DNA from: Lachnospiraceae bacterium
Lineage (GTDB): Bacteria; Bacillota; Clostridia; Lachnospirales; Lachnospiraceae
Assembly (NCBI GenBank): GCA_017450485.1
Contig: JAFSTN010000044.1
Location: 72,792 to 136,791, forward strand
Reading direction: 5' to 3'
DNA length: 64,000 bases
Part shown: piece after piece, positions 26,482 to 35,128 of the stretch
Layout: each line of letters begins with the position of its first letter
Numbering within the stretch: position 1 is the stretch's first letter
Program-made: the position numbers and the translations under genes
The notes under the pieces: generated by a model
What the model was told of the DNA's origin: nothing
What the model saw: the letters and a program-made list of their open reading frames with translations, nothing else
The model's database searches: none

Positions 26482-27492
26482 CTACAGCACATCCGCAAAA
26501 TGTACTTTCAATTTCTTAAACATCATCGAACCTATCGTAAACAGCAGAAGCAACAGGATCCAGAAGTACGCGCTGGAGTAGAAATGCTGCCAGAACCACT
26601 CATCTGAGTACATCGACATCCTGAAGCCGTTCACTATATAAACCATGGGATTGAGTTTAAACAGAGGTTTAAGCTGGTCGGGAACCATATGGATATCCCA
26701 GAGGATGGGGGTTGCCCACATGCCTATCTGCAGTATGATCGCCACTATCTGCTGGAGATCCCTGAAAAATACGACCACCGCGCAGTTGATATATCCCAGC
26801 GCCAGCACCAGCAGGAAAAGGCACAGGTCGTAATACACGATCTGAACGGTATATACAGTCGGATAATAGCCATACAGACTGGATACCAGGATCAGGATGC
26901 CCACAAAAAAGATATGCGTGAACCACGCGCCGATCACCTTAATAATGGGCAGCACGGATATGTTGAACACGACCTTTTTGACAAGATAATTATACTCGAT
27001 CATCGCCATCATGCCGTGATTGACTCCCTCCTGAAAAAAGAACCACGGAACCAGGCCTGCCGTCAGAAAAAGCACATACGGCACTTCAACCCCGCTTGCA
27101 ATCATCTGGGAACGCGTGTTAAAAACCTTATCGAACACTATCCAGTACATCAGCACGGTCACAACAGGCTGAGCCATTGCCCAGACTGCGCCCAGATACG
27201 ATCCGGCATAGCGTTTCTTGAAGTCATTTTTCGCAAGCTTCCAGATCAGGCCTCTGCTCTGATACAGCTCGAGCGGAATGGCTTTAAGCTGGTCGAAAAA
27301 GATGCAAAACAGAACGCACGCCACCACAACCAGCGATATTCCGCTGAATTTCTTGAGTCTCGTTGTTCCGGGGTCATCCATCGGATTCTGATGGAAAAGA
27401 ATGAGCAGCGCCAATGCGATGCACAACAGGATCACGGCTATGATCACTATCTTCTTATAGATATGCGGTTTACTTTTAAGTCTGCCTTTCAT
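26482..27492 (-). CDS. ABC-2 type polysaccharide exporter permease (Wzm/TagG type) with ~75-aa N-terminal extension
   Basis: The core starts with LIWKLAKNDFKKRYAGSYLGAVWAMAQP, the typical ABC-2 entry motif, followed by 6 TM segments. Two extra predicted TM helices precede it. Confidence 0.85.
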   Translation of the reverse strand: MKGRLKSKPHIYKKIVIIAVILLCIALALLILFHQNPMDDPGTTRLKKFSGISLVVVACVLFCIFFDQLKAIPLELYQSRGLIWKLAKNDFKKRYAGSYLGAVWAMAQPVVTVLMYWIVFDKVFNTRSQMIASGVEVPYVLFLTAGLVPWFFFQEGVNHGMMAMIEYNYLVKKVVFNISVLPIIKVIGAWFTHIFFVGILILVSSLYGYYPTVYTVQIVYYDLCLFLLVLALGYINCAVVVFFRDLQQIVAIILQIGMWATPILWDIHMVPDQLKPLFKLNPMVYIVNGFRMSMYSDEWFWQHFYSSAYFWILLLLLFTIGSMMFKKLKVHFADVL

Positions 27493-27504
27493 GTACCGGT
27501 TATC

Positions 27505-28053
27505 CTATCTCAGGTCCCTCAGCTGTCCCCATTTGGTGTCCTTATCGGACATGATCAGCTCCATTCCCTCAGGGATCGGCCATTCGATACCTATATCGGG
27601 ATCATTATAAATGATACCGCTCTCATCGTTAGGATGGTAGAAATCCGTAACCTTGTAGCAGAACTCAGCATATTCGGACAGTACGAGAAATCCGTGTGCA
27701 AAATGCTTCGGGATGTAGAACTGCTTCATGTTTTCCGCCGAAAGGACCACGCCGAACCACTGGCCGTATGTCGGAGAGTCTTCACGCATATCCACAGCTA
27801 CGTCAAAAACTTCACCGGAGATCACGCGTACCAGCTTCGACTGCGCATGCTCGATCTGGAAATGCAGCCCGCGGAGTACGCCGCACTTGGATGCCGACTG
27901 ATTGTCCTGCACGAACTCCTCGGTGATGCCGGCCTCGCTGTATGCCTGCTTGTGATAGGTCTCCACGAAATAGCCGCGGGCATCGCCGTGAACTTCGGGA
28001 GTAATGACCTTAAGTCCCTCGATATGACATGTTTCTACTGTGATCTTACCCAT
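27505..28053 (-). CDS. rfbC: dTDP-4-dehydrorhamnose 3,5-epimerase
   Basis: 182 aa with GDARGYFVETY, RGLHFQ and KLVRVISGEVFDVAVDMR. Confidence 0.95.
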   Translation of the reverse strand: MGKITVETCHIEGLKVITPEVHGDARGYFVETYHKQAYSEAGITEEFVQDNQSASKCGVLRGLHFQIEHAQSKLVRVISGEVFDVAVDMREDSPTYGQWFGVVLSAENMKQFYIPKHFAHGFLVLSEYAEFCYKVTDFYHPNDESGIIYNDPDIGIEWPIPEGMELIMSDKDTKWGQLRDLR

Positions 28054-28089
28054 GATGTTTTTCCCGTCCTTATATATATATCCGGCCTC

Positions 28090-28151
28090 GCAAATCCATG
28101 ATCACCCTTGCTGCGACCCGACAGTACTCGCTGCGGGTGACATGGATTTGC
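28090..28151 (-). repeat. Hairpin repeat copy 3
   Basis: Same 33-nt core. The flanks GCAAATCCATGATCAC and GTGACATGGATTTGC pair perfectly apart from the conserved bulged A. It lies 10 nt after the GH25 gene stop and 36 nt before the rfbC start. Confidence 0.9.
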
Positions 28152-28161
28152 TCGTCCTATA

Positions 28162-29412
28162 TTATCTATACCTAATATTCAGATCCACTCTGCCTTCGAT
28201 GCCGTCTACCTTACCCTTGGAGGTGTACTGCCAGTAGTCGTAGTAGCCTTCGTAATCGGGCTCATCGGTGTACTGGGCGAGCCACGCATGGTAAAGCGTC
28301 AGCTGCTCGGCATCGAGCTTCTTATTCCACCAGTTCTTCGAAGCGTAGATGCCGGCTTCATAGCCTGAATTTGCGATCGTCTCGCAGAAAGCTCTGGTGA
28401 TCGCGGTCCTCTTTTCCACATCCAGATCGTCAGCCCGGCCCGATCCGCCGGCAGACTCCGAGTCTATGAATATCGGCAAGTCGAGCATATAGAGCTTGCA
28501 TTCCTCGACCACCATACTGGCCTCTTCGATGGCCTCGGTCTCATTTACAGCCTGTGAGAAAAAGTACACACCCACGGGGATACCTGCCTTGATCGCTCCG
28601 CGCATGTTTTCTTTAAAATACGAATCCAGGATCAACGATCCGGATGAAGCACCTCTGTATCCGCATCTGATGATCGCATATTCTATACCGGCCGCCTTTA
28701 CGGCCTCCCAATCTATCTCACCGTTATGTCCGGAGACGTCTATGCCCAGCTTACCCGCATCCGTATATGCGTCAGCATCGATATTCTCGCTGCCGTCGCC
28801 CTCGACTTCCGCCGATCTCTTCTCGGTATCCTCGACCTTCACATCGACCTGATCCTCGGTAAGCACGAGAAAAGCGATATCGCTCAGCGCTTTGAACTCC
28901 AGATCCTTGCTGATCTTGATCATGGTCTTGGTGCGGGGGACTATATATCCCTCAAGCTCGTCCAGTTTGACGAAATAATCGCCTTCACGGAGATGATCCA
29001 CATAAATGATGCCGTCCATATCATCATCCGTATATATGCCGACACCCTCAACATCGGCCACGAACTTCTGACCGGTAACCAGATGCCCCATTCCGTCGAT
29101 GACCATGATCCTCAGATCCTGACCGATGGAATCCATCATCACATTGACCTTGAGGCCGGTCTCGATATTCACATCCGAATGGAACTGCGACGAACCTTTA
29201 TCAAAAAAATCCTCATCATTCAGGAATCCGCTCAGATCGTCTCCGATCTGTCCGCCCTCAGCTTCCGGATCGGATGCAACCACAGTAGCAGGGGCAGGGT
29301 GTCCGAACCGTCTCCTGATGGTATCCCAGTTCATCACGAGCACCAGCACCAGGATGCCGATAACCATGATCACTCCCATCAGAATAGATTGCCTGACCCA
29401 TTTCGATCTCAT
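28162..29412 (-). CDS. Membrane-anchored GH25 muramidase (lysozyme)
   Basis: 416 aa. An N-terminal TM anchor and a beta-sandwich-like spacer precede a GH25 domain (GIDVSGHNGEIDWEAVKAAGIEYAIIRCGYRG, FIDSES, YDYWQYTSKGKVDGIEGRVDLN). Confidence 0.85.
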   Translation of the reverse strand: MRSKWVRQSILMGVIMVIGILVLVLVMNWDTIRRRFGHPAPATVVASDPEAEGGQIGDDLSGFLNDEDFFDKGSSQFHSDVNIETGLKVNVMMDSIGQDLRIMVIDGMGHLVTGQKFVADVEGVGIYTDDDMDGIIYVDHLREGDYFVKLDELEGYIVPRTKTMIKISKDLEFKALSDIAFLVLTEDQVDVKVEDTEKRSAEVEGDGSENIDADAYTDAGKLGIDVSGHNGEIDWEAVKAAGIEYAIIRCGYRGASSGSLILDSYFKENMRGAIKAGIPVGVYFFSQAVNETEAIEEASMVVEECKLYMLDLPIFIDSESAGGSGRADDLDVEKRTAITRAFCETIANSGYEAGIYASKNWWNKKLDAEQLTLYHAWLAQYTDEPDYEGYYDYWQYTSKGKVDGIEGRVDLNIRYR

Positions 29413-29432
29413 CGCGTCTTACGTCTCCGGTT

Positions 29433-30302
29433 CTACAGCCCCTCGGCTACCTCAAGCAGATACTTGCCGTAATCGGTCTTAAGCAGCGGTTCCGCCAGCC
29501 TGATCAGCTGATCCTTATCAATGAAGCCTCTCTTATAGGCGATCTCCTCGATACAGGAGATATACAGTCCCTGCCTCTTCTGAAAAGCGGACACGAAGTC
29601 TGCCGCATCGAGCAGTGAATCATGGTTACCCGTATCCAGCCATGCAAAACCGCGCCCGAGCGTCTCTACATGCAGGGTTCCGCGGCTTAAATACTCATTA
29701 TTTATACTGGTGATCTCGATCTCGCCTCTGGCAGAGGGCTTCACATTCGCCGCGATATCTACCACATCATTATCATAGAAATAAAGACCCGGTACCGCAT
29801 AATTGCTCTTCGGATTCTCGGGTTTCTCCTCTATGGAAATCGCCATACCGTTTTCATCGAACTCAACTACGCCGTATTCCCTAGGATCACGCACATAATA
29901 GCCGAAAATGGTGGCTCCCCTATCCCTGGATGCCGCCTCACGCAACACCTTGGAAAAGCTCTGTCCATAGAAAATATTGTCGCCCAACACCAGAGCCACA
30001 TTATCATCACCGATGAAATCTGCGCCTATGATGAACGCATCGGCAAGTCCCCGGGGGCTCTCCTGGACCGCATATTCAAACCTGAGTCCCAGCTGCTCTC
30101 CCGTACCGAAAAGCTCCTCGAACACCGGCAGGTCTCTCGGTGTCGATATGATCAGGATCTCCCTTATACCGGCCAGCATCAGTGTCGACAGCGGATAATA
30201 TATCATCGGTTTGTCATACACCGGCATGATCTGCTTCGATATGGCTTTGGTCAACGGATATAATCTCGTGCCGGATCCACCGGCGAGTATGATACCTTTC
30301 AT
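29433..30302 (-). CDS. rfbA: Glucose-1-phosphate thymidylyltransferase
   Basis: [18 protein letters not shown], with RmlA-type length (289 aa) and motifs throughout. Confidence 0.95.
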   Translation of the reverse strand: MKGIILAGGSGTRLYPLTKAISKQIMPVYDKPMIYYPLSTLMLAGIREILIISTPRDLPVFEELFGTGEQLGLRFEYAVQESPRGLADAFIIGADFIGDDNVALVLGDNIFYGQSFSKVLREAASRDRGATIFGYYVRDPREYGVVEFDENGMAISIEEKPENPKSNYAVPGLYFYDNDVVDIAANVKPSARGEIEITSINNEYLSRGTLHVETLGRGFAWLDTGNHDSLLDAADFVSAFQKRQGLYISCIEEIAYKRGFIDKDQLIRLAEPLLKTDYGKYLLEVAEGL

Positions 30303-30399
30303 GGCAACCTCCGGACTTAATCAGATAGTTTTTATGTAAAAATGCACGCATTCATACGAGTTGCGGCATTTTGCAGCAACTCTAATTTTACCACAAATA

Positions 30400-31836
30400 C
30401 TACACAGACAAAAGATTTCTCACATATCCGAGGTCAATGAGCGTCCGCGTCTCGACCAGACCGAAGAAAAGCAGAGATACACAGGAGGCCGTCAGAACCA
30501 CGATTCGGAATGCACGTTTTTCCCACAATCCCACAGCTCTGCTGCCGAGATAACACGTTGCCAGCAGGACCGGCAGCAGATAGCGCCCCTGCGGCTGGCA
30601 GTCTATCAGGTATGAATTGAGAACAGATGCAACCACGCTCCCTATATTGAGTACAGTGCAAAAAACAAATACGGGAACGTCTCCGTGCCTGCACAGATAT
30701 ATCCCCAGCCAGGCGTATATCGCAATATACAGCAGCCCCATAACAGAGAAAAAGAGCATATGACCTTCATAGTATATGCTCGCAGCCGCGAATGATCTGT
30801 ACGACAGAGCGAACCACTTCGGCTCATGCTCAAACATATCGGACAGCGCATATCCTTTGGAAGCCATATGATATGTAGGCGCCTGCTCCTCTACCGGTGT
30901 GGTCGGGTTCTTGTCATAGTCTGAATACATTTCCGACATCTGCGCTTTCGCCTGTGCCTTGTCGAATCCGTAATAGTGAAGATCAAGCAGGGCCCGTCCG
31001 GCCAGAATTGCGAATGCTATGCCGGCTATCAGGATATACCTGCCAAGCAAGCTCTTGCGATTATTAATTTCTGATTTAATTAAACGACATATCAAAACAA
31101 CAAACGTCAGGAATAAAGTGGCGAAATAGTAAGGCTTTCCGAGCAGCATCAGGCCATACATGATTCCCAGAACGATACAGCTGATGACGATGCGTATGTC
31201 AAATATATGACCGTGACGTGCCACATTCGGATCTGTCTGTCCGGATACTGTTTTCCCTTCAAGAGTCCTCCACAGGAAGCTGTCCCTGTCGGCAAGCATT
31301 GCGATCGATATGAATGCCAGGAGGAAATCTTCGGCATCGGCAGTCACATATGAGAATATATACCAGGCTTGTACACATATGCCGAATCCCAGCATAAGCC
31401 AGTTATTATCACGTATTTTGCGGATTATATACACGGTCAGGACTGCCATTAAAAGAAGATTTGGCATACGGTAATACGGCAGATTTTCCATGAACTGTTT
31501 GAAAACGTATGATATCTTACTGAATATCAGGAAGTAAGGGGTATAATTGCAGACTTTGGTATACCCATATCCGCTGAATGTGTCACCCAGACCGACACCC
31601 ATCTGTCGCATATCCGGCCATATCCACCGGCTCATACACCAGTCCATGCAAGCCTTCACGTCGAATTCATCCGGATGTTTACCGGGCTCGGAAAGAAATG
31701 CGATCATGCACGCCACCAGAAACGCGCCGATCAATATAAGTACAGACATATACACATAGATACGGTTGCGGTTCTGCGTGCTCATATCACGGTTCTGCGC
31801 GATTCTGCCGCCGTCGGCCGTCTTTTTTATATCCAT
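30400..31836 (-). CDS. Large polytopic membrane protein, candidate GT-C-type glycosyltransferase
   Basis: 478 aa and about 12 TM segments. An acidic first external loop (HPDEFD) follows TM1, as in GT-C enzymes. It is clustered with a GtrB-like gene. No family could be assigned by eye. Confidence 0.4.
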   Translation of the reverse strand: MDIKKTADGGRIAQNRDMSTQNRNRIYVYMSVLILIGAFLVACMIAFLSEPGKHPDEFDVKACMDWCMSRWIWPDMRQMGVGLGDTFSGYGYTKVCNYTPYFLIFSKISYVFKQFMENLPYYRMPNLLLMAVLTVYIIRKIRDNNWLMLGFGICVQAWYIFSYVTADAEDFLLAFISIAMLADRDSFLWRTLEGKTVSGQTDPNVARHGHIFDIRIVISCIVLGIMYGLMLLGKPYYFATLFLTFVVLICRLIKSEINNRKSLLGRYILIAGIAFAILAGRALLDLHYYGFDKAQAKAQMSEMYSDYDKNPTTPVEEQAPTYHMASKGYALSDMFEHEPKWFALSYRSFAAASIYYEGHMLFFSVMGLLYIAIYAWLGIYLCRHGDVPVFVFCTVLNIGSVVASVLNSYLIDCQPQGRYLLPVLLATCYLGSRAVGLWEKRAFRIVVLTASCVSLLFFGLVETRTLIDLGYVRNLLSV

Positions 31837-32939
31837 TTACGCACCTCCGGAATGAGTCTGAGAACCAGGACGATACACAGCGCTACCGCGAAAGCCACGA
31901 TATCCTGTATCGCCACCGCAAAAAGCCGGTTCATGAATCTGCACATGTTCCAGTAGATCATATGTGTGCCGGTACACACAAAGTCCGCAAACAGATATAT
32001 ACCGAACGTGGCCGGTGCCAAAAATCCTATCACCCGTCCTAAGCCCCCATCAGCCTTCAATTTGATCAGGAAGCAATAAACTGCCACGCTCTCAACGACC
32101 ATAAGCAGGGTCTCTATCTCGGTGAATGATACGAATGAGTTCCCGCCGCTGAGCCGGAACTCCGCTCCCGCCAGAACCATATTTCCCGCAAAAGCAGCAA
32201 GAAATACGCCGATCAGCCACAGATCGGAGATCTTCAGACCGCCTCCGGCGCGCAGTTCGTCGCGATACAGGTAACATGCGTGGCCTATGAAGAGATACAT
32301 CACGGCGCATCCGATCATAGGGAGTTTGAAGTTGGGATTCAAAGCAGCTTCCGGACACAGGATCGTCACTGAAGGGATCACCGAAACATATACCGAAGCG
32401 ACTGCCAGCACTGCTATCAGGGTCCTACGGGACATGGCCGGCGACGATGCATCTGCCCCGGAAAACATCGCAGCAACCCTCTGCATGGCCGGCATCATGA
32501 TCATAAGTCCGAGATATGTATACAGGTACCAGAATGCATCCGTTGCTCCGTCCCGCCACAGCACCTGTATGTATCCGGCGATATATGCCCCGGCCTTCTG
32601 AAGCACGGTTGCTCCCTCCGGAAGTCCTGTCGGATATGTGTGTGACAATATATGCCATACGTGATAGAAAAGTGACATTACCGCCAGAACGACGGCTATC
32701 CGGACGATCCTTTTTACATAAACCCGGTAATCATCGCTGCGATGCAGCAGATTGTACCCCGTGATCATAAAGAATCCGGGCACAGTGATCTTGGTGATAA
32801 AGATAACGCCCACAGTCACATACCACGCGAGCGACTTGGGCGTAACCTGAGCTAAAACTTTGGAATTGCAATGGTTGATGATCACGAACGCACAGCCGAT
32901 GATCCTGTACAGATCGAGACCACTCAGTCTCTTATTCAT
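31827..32939 (-). CDS. Acyltransferase family 3 (OafA/YrhL-type O-acetyltransferase)
   Basis: 370 aa and about 10 TM segments. The N-terminus LDLYRIIGCAFVIINH is typical of Acyl_transf_3. Confidence 0.75.
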   Translation of the reverse strand: MNKRLSGLDLYRIIGCAFVIINHCNSKVLAQVTPKSLAWYVTVGVIFITKITVPGFFMITGYNLLHRSDDYRVYVKRIVRIAVVLAVMSLFYHVWHILSHTYPTGLPEGATVLQKAGAYIAGYIQVLWRDGATDAFWYLYTYLGLMIMMPAMQRVAAMFSGADASSPAMSRRTLIAVLAVASVYVSVIPSVTILCPEAALNPNFKLPMIGCAVMYLFIGHACYLYRDELRAGGGLKISDLWLIGVFLAAFAGNMVLAGAEFRLSGGNSFVSFTEIETLLMVVESVAVYCFLIKLKADGGLGRVIGFLAPATFGIYLFADFVCTGTHMIYWNMCRFMNRLFAVAIQDIVAFAVALCIVLVLRLIPEVRKWI

Positions 32940-32951
32940 AAGCAGATAGGG

Positions 32952-33887
32952 TCAATCCTCACGGGAAATGCGGGAATTCAACGTTGTCAGATTGAACTCG
33001 AACTCACGGCGGTTAGCCAGCGCCAGATTCGACAATATCAGGCCGGAAAAGAGAGATTGTATCGCAGCCAGATATACGAAGCAACAAACGATCAGGGTCG
33101 GGAACTTCGCAACCATACCGGTACGCGCATAATCGATCAGAACCGGGATCAGGAAGGCAGTGGACAGAAACACCAGTACAAGAGCGAGCAATGAGAAAAA
33201 TGCCATCGGCTTATAATCCTTATACAGCTTCACTATGGTGAAAAGTACCTTGAAGCCATCGGAATATGTATTCAGCTTGGATTCCGAACCTTCGGGACGG
33301 TCACGGTACTCGATCACCACGTTATCGATCTGCATATGGTTATATACCGCATGGATCGTCATCTCGGTCTCTATCTCGAAGCCTCTGGAGAGAACAGGGA
33401 AGGTTTTGACGAAATTATAGCTGAAAGCTCTGAATCCGGTCATAATGTCCTTGATCTCACAGTCAAAAAGGCGATTGATCGTTGCTCTGACCAGCGAATT
33501 GCCCATATTGTGGAACGGACGCTTATTTTCCGTAAAATATGTGGAAGAAAGGCGGTCGCCTACTACCATATCCGAATTGTACTCCAGCACTTTACTCACC
33601 ATCTCCGGAGCGAACTCCATAGGATATGTGTCATCACCGTCGACCATCACATAGCACTCGGCATCGATCTCGCGGAACATCCTGCGGATCACGGCGCCTT
33701 TTCCCTGTATATACTCATGACGCACCACCGCACCGGCACGTTCGGCTAATTCGGCGGTCCTGTCGGTGGAATTGTTGTCATACACATAGATAACCGCTTC
33801 CGGCAATGCGCGTCTGCTGTCCGTAACAACTTTCTCTATGGTTTTTTCTTCGTTATAACACGGGATAAGTACTGCTATCTTGTCCAT
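32952..33887 (-). CDS. GtrB/CsbB-like polyprenol-phosphate glycosyltransferase (GT2 with two C-terminal TM helices)
   Basis: IAVLIPCYNEEKTIEKVV, VYDNNSTDRT and VMVDGDDTYP are present, followed by two C-terminal TM segments. Confidence 0.8.
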   Translation of the reverse strand: MDKIAVLIPCYNEEKTIEKVVTDSRRALPEAVIYVYDNNSTDRTAELAERAGAVVRHEYIQGKGAVIRRMFREIDAECYVMVDGDDTYPMEFAPEMVSKVLEYNSDMVVGDRLSSTYFTENKRPFHNMGNSLVRATINRLFDCEIKDIMTGFRAFSYNFVKTFPVLSRGFEIETEMTIHAVYNHMQIDNVVIEYRDRPEGSESKLNTYSDGFKVLFTIVKLYKDYKPMAFFSLLALVLVFLSTAFLIPVLIDYARTGMVAKFPTLIVCCFVYLAAIQSLFSGLILSNLALANRREFEFNLTTLNSRISRED

Positions 33888-33940
33888 TTTTCTCCTGCCG
33901 GCCGTCGGAATTTTTGCGTGATAATTAAATCTTGATGTAA

Positions 33941-35023
33941 TTATCGATTGGAATACATTGAGTCGTAATACTTCTCATAGTCGCCGCTGGTCACGTTCTT
34001 CATCCACTCTTCGTTCTCGAAGAACCATTTGATAGTCTTGCGGATGCCCTCGGCAAACATGGTCTCGGGCTCCCACCCTATCTCGGATTTGATCTTGTCC
34101 GGGGCGATAGCATACCTGCGATCATGTCCTTTGCGGTCGGTCACATATGTGATCAGATCGTCACTGACATTCGCACGTCTCGGATCGGACTCCGGCAGCA
34201 TCTCACGCAGGGTATCCAGAATGATATGGATGATCTCGATATTCTGCTTTTCGTTATGGCCGCCGACATTATAGGTCTCGAACAGTCTTCCCGTCTCCTG
34301 AACCATATCTATAGCCTTCGCATGATCCTCAACATAGAGCCAGTCACGCACATTCCTGCCATCGCCGTATACGGGCAGATTTTTGCCCTGCAGGGCGTTA
34401 TTGATGATCAGCGGGATCAGCTTCTCGGGGAACTGATACGGGCCGTAGTTATTCGAGCAGTTGGTGATATTCGCAGGGAACTTATATGTATCCATATATG
34501 CTTTCACCAGCATATCTGAGCTTGCCTTGGATGCGGAATACGGACTGTGAGGCGCATAAGGAGTAGTCTCATAGAAATATCCGCCGTCCTCCTCCAATGA
34601 TCCGTAAACCTCATCGGTGCTGACATGCAGGAACTTATGATCCGGCTTGAAGCTGCCGTCGGGAAGCTCCCATGCAGCCTTTGCAGAGTTCAGCATCACA
34701 GCTGTACCGAGCACATTCGTCTGAACGAATACCTCGGGAGTCTCGATGCTTCGATCCACATGGGATTCCGCTGCGAAATGAACCACTCTGTCGACATCTT
34801 CCTCCGCAAAAATAGCCGCTATCGCATCTTTATCGCAGATGTCCGCACGTACGAAACGGTAATTTGAACGGTTCTCGATGTCTTTCAGATTCTCGAGATT
34901 GCCCGCATATGTAAGCTTATCCACGTTGATGATGCGGATGTCATCGCCGTATTTGCGAAACATGTAGTGGATGTAGTTGGATCCGATGAATCCGGCGCCG
35001 CCGGTTACGAGGTATGTGTGCAT
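33941..35023 (-). CDS. rfbB: dTDP-glucose 4,6-dehydratase
   Basis: YLVTGGAGFIGSNY and YSASKASSDMLV (YxxxK) are present, and the 360-aa length is typical of RmlB. Confidence 0.95.
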   Translation of the reverse strand: MHTYLVTGGAGFIGSNYIHYMFRKYGDDIRIINVDKLTYAGNLENLKDIENRSNYRFVRADICDKDAIAAIFAEEDVDRVVHFAAESHVDRSIETPEVFVQTNVLGTAVMLNSAKAAWELPDGSFKPDHKFLHVSTDEVYGSLEEDGGYFYETTPYAPHSPYSASKASSDMLVKAYMDTYKFPANITNCSNNYGPYQFPEKLIPLIINNALQGKNLPVYGDGRNVRDWLYVEDHAKAIDMVQETGRLFETYNVGGHNEKQNIEIIHIILDTLREMLPESDPRRANVSDDLITYVTDRKGHDRRYAIAPDKIKSEIGWEPETMFAEGIRKTIKWFFENEEWMKNVTSGDYEKYYDSMYSNR

Positions 35024-35043
35024 GTTTTTTCTCCTATTTCCTC

Positions 35044-35114
35044 GGAATCACCGAATATGATCTCCCTTGCTGCGACCCGACAGTACTCGCTGCGGGAGAC
35101 ATATTCGGTGATCC
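35044..35114 (-). repeat. Hairpin repeat copy 4
   Basis: Same 33-nt core. The flanks GGAATCACCGAATATGATCTC and GAGACATATTCGGTGATCC pair with two bulged A residues. It lies 14 nt after the large GH25 gene stop and 20 nt before the rfbB start. Confidence 0.9.
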
Positions 35115-35128
35115 CTTACTCTTCTATC

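Noticed and set aside
26689-28101. 470-aa plus-strand ORF
   Set aside because: It lies entirely antisense to the well-supported Wzm permease and rfbC genes. It has His/Arg/Gln-rich low-information composition, no RBS and no recognisable motif. It is a shadow ORF.
28090-28151. Hairpin repeats as ordinary Rho-independent terminators
   Set aside because: None of the four copies is followed by a U/T run on either strand. Three sit 20-36 nt upstream of the next co-oriented start codon, so full termination there would silence rfbC, rfbB and the binding-protein gene.
30303-30399. Possible internal promoter (TTGCTG-N17-TATGAA) and small hairpins upstream of rfbA on the minus strand
   Set aside because: The hexamers are only moderately similar to consensus and the hairpins are short (4-7 bp). 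The evidence is not strong enough to report as features.
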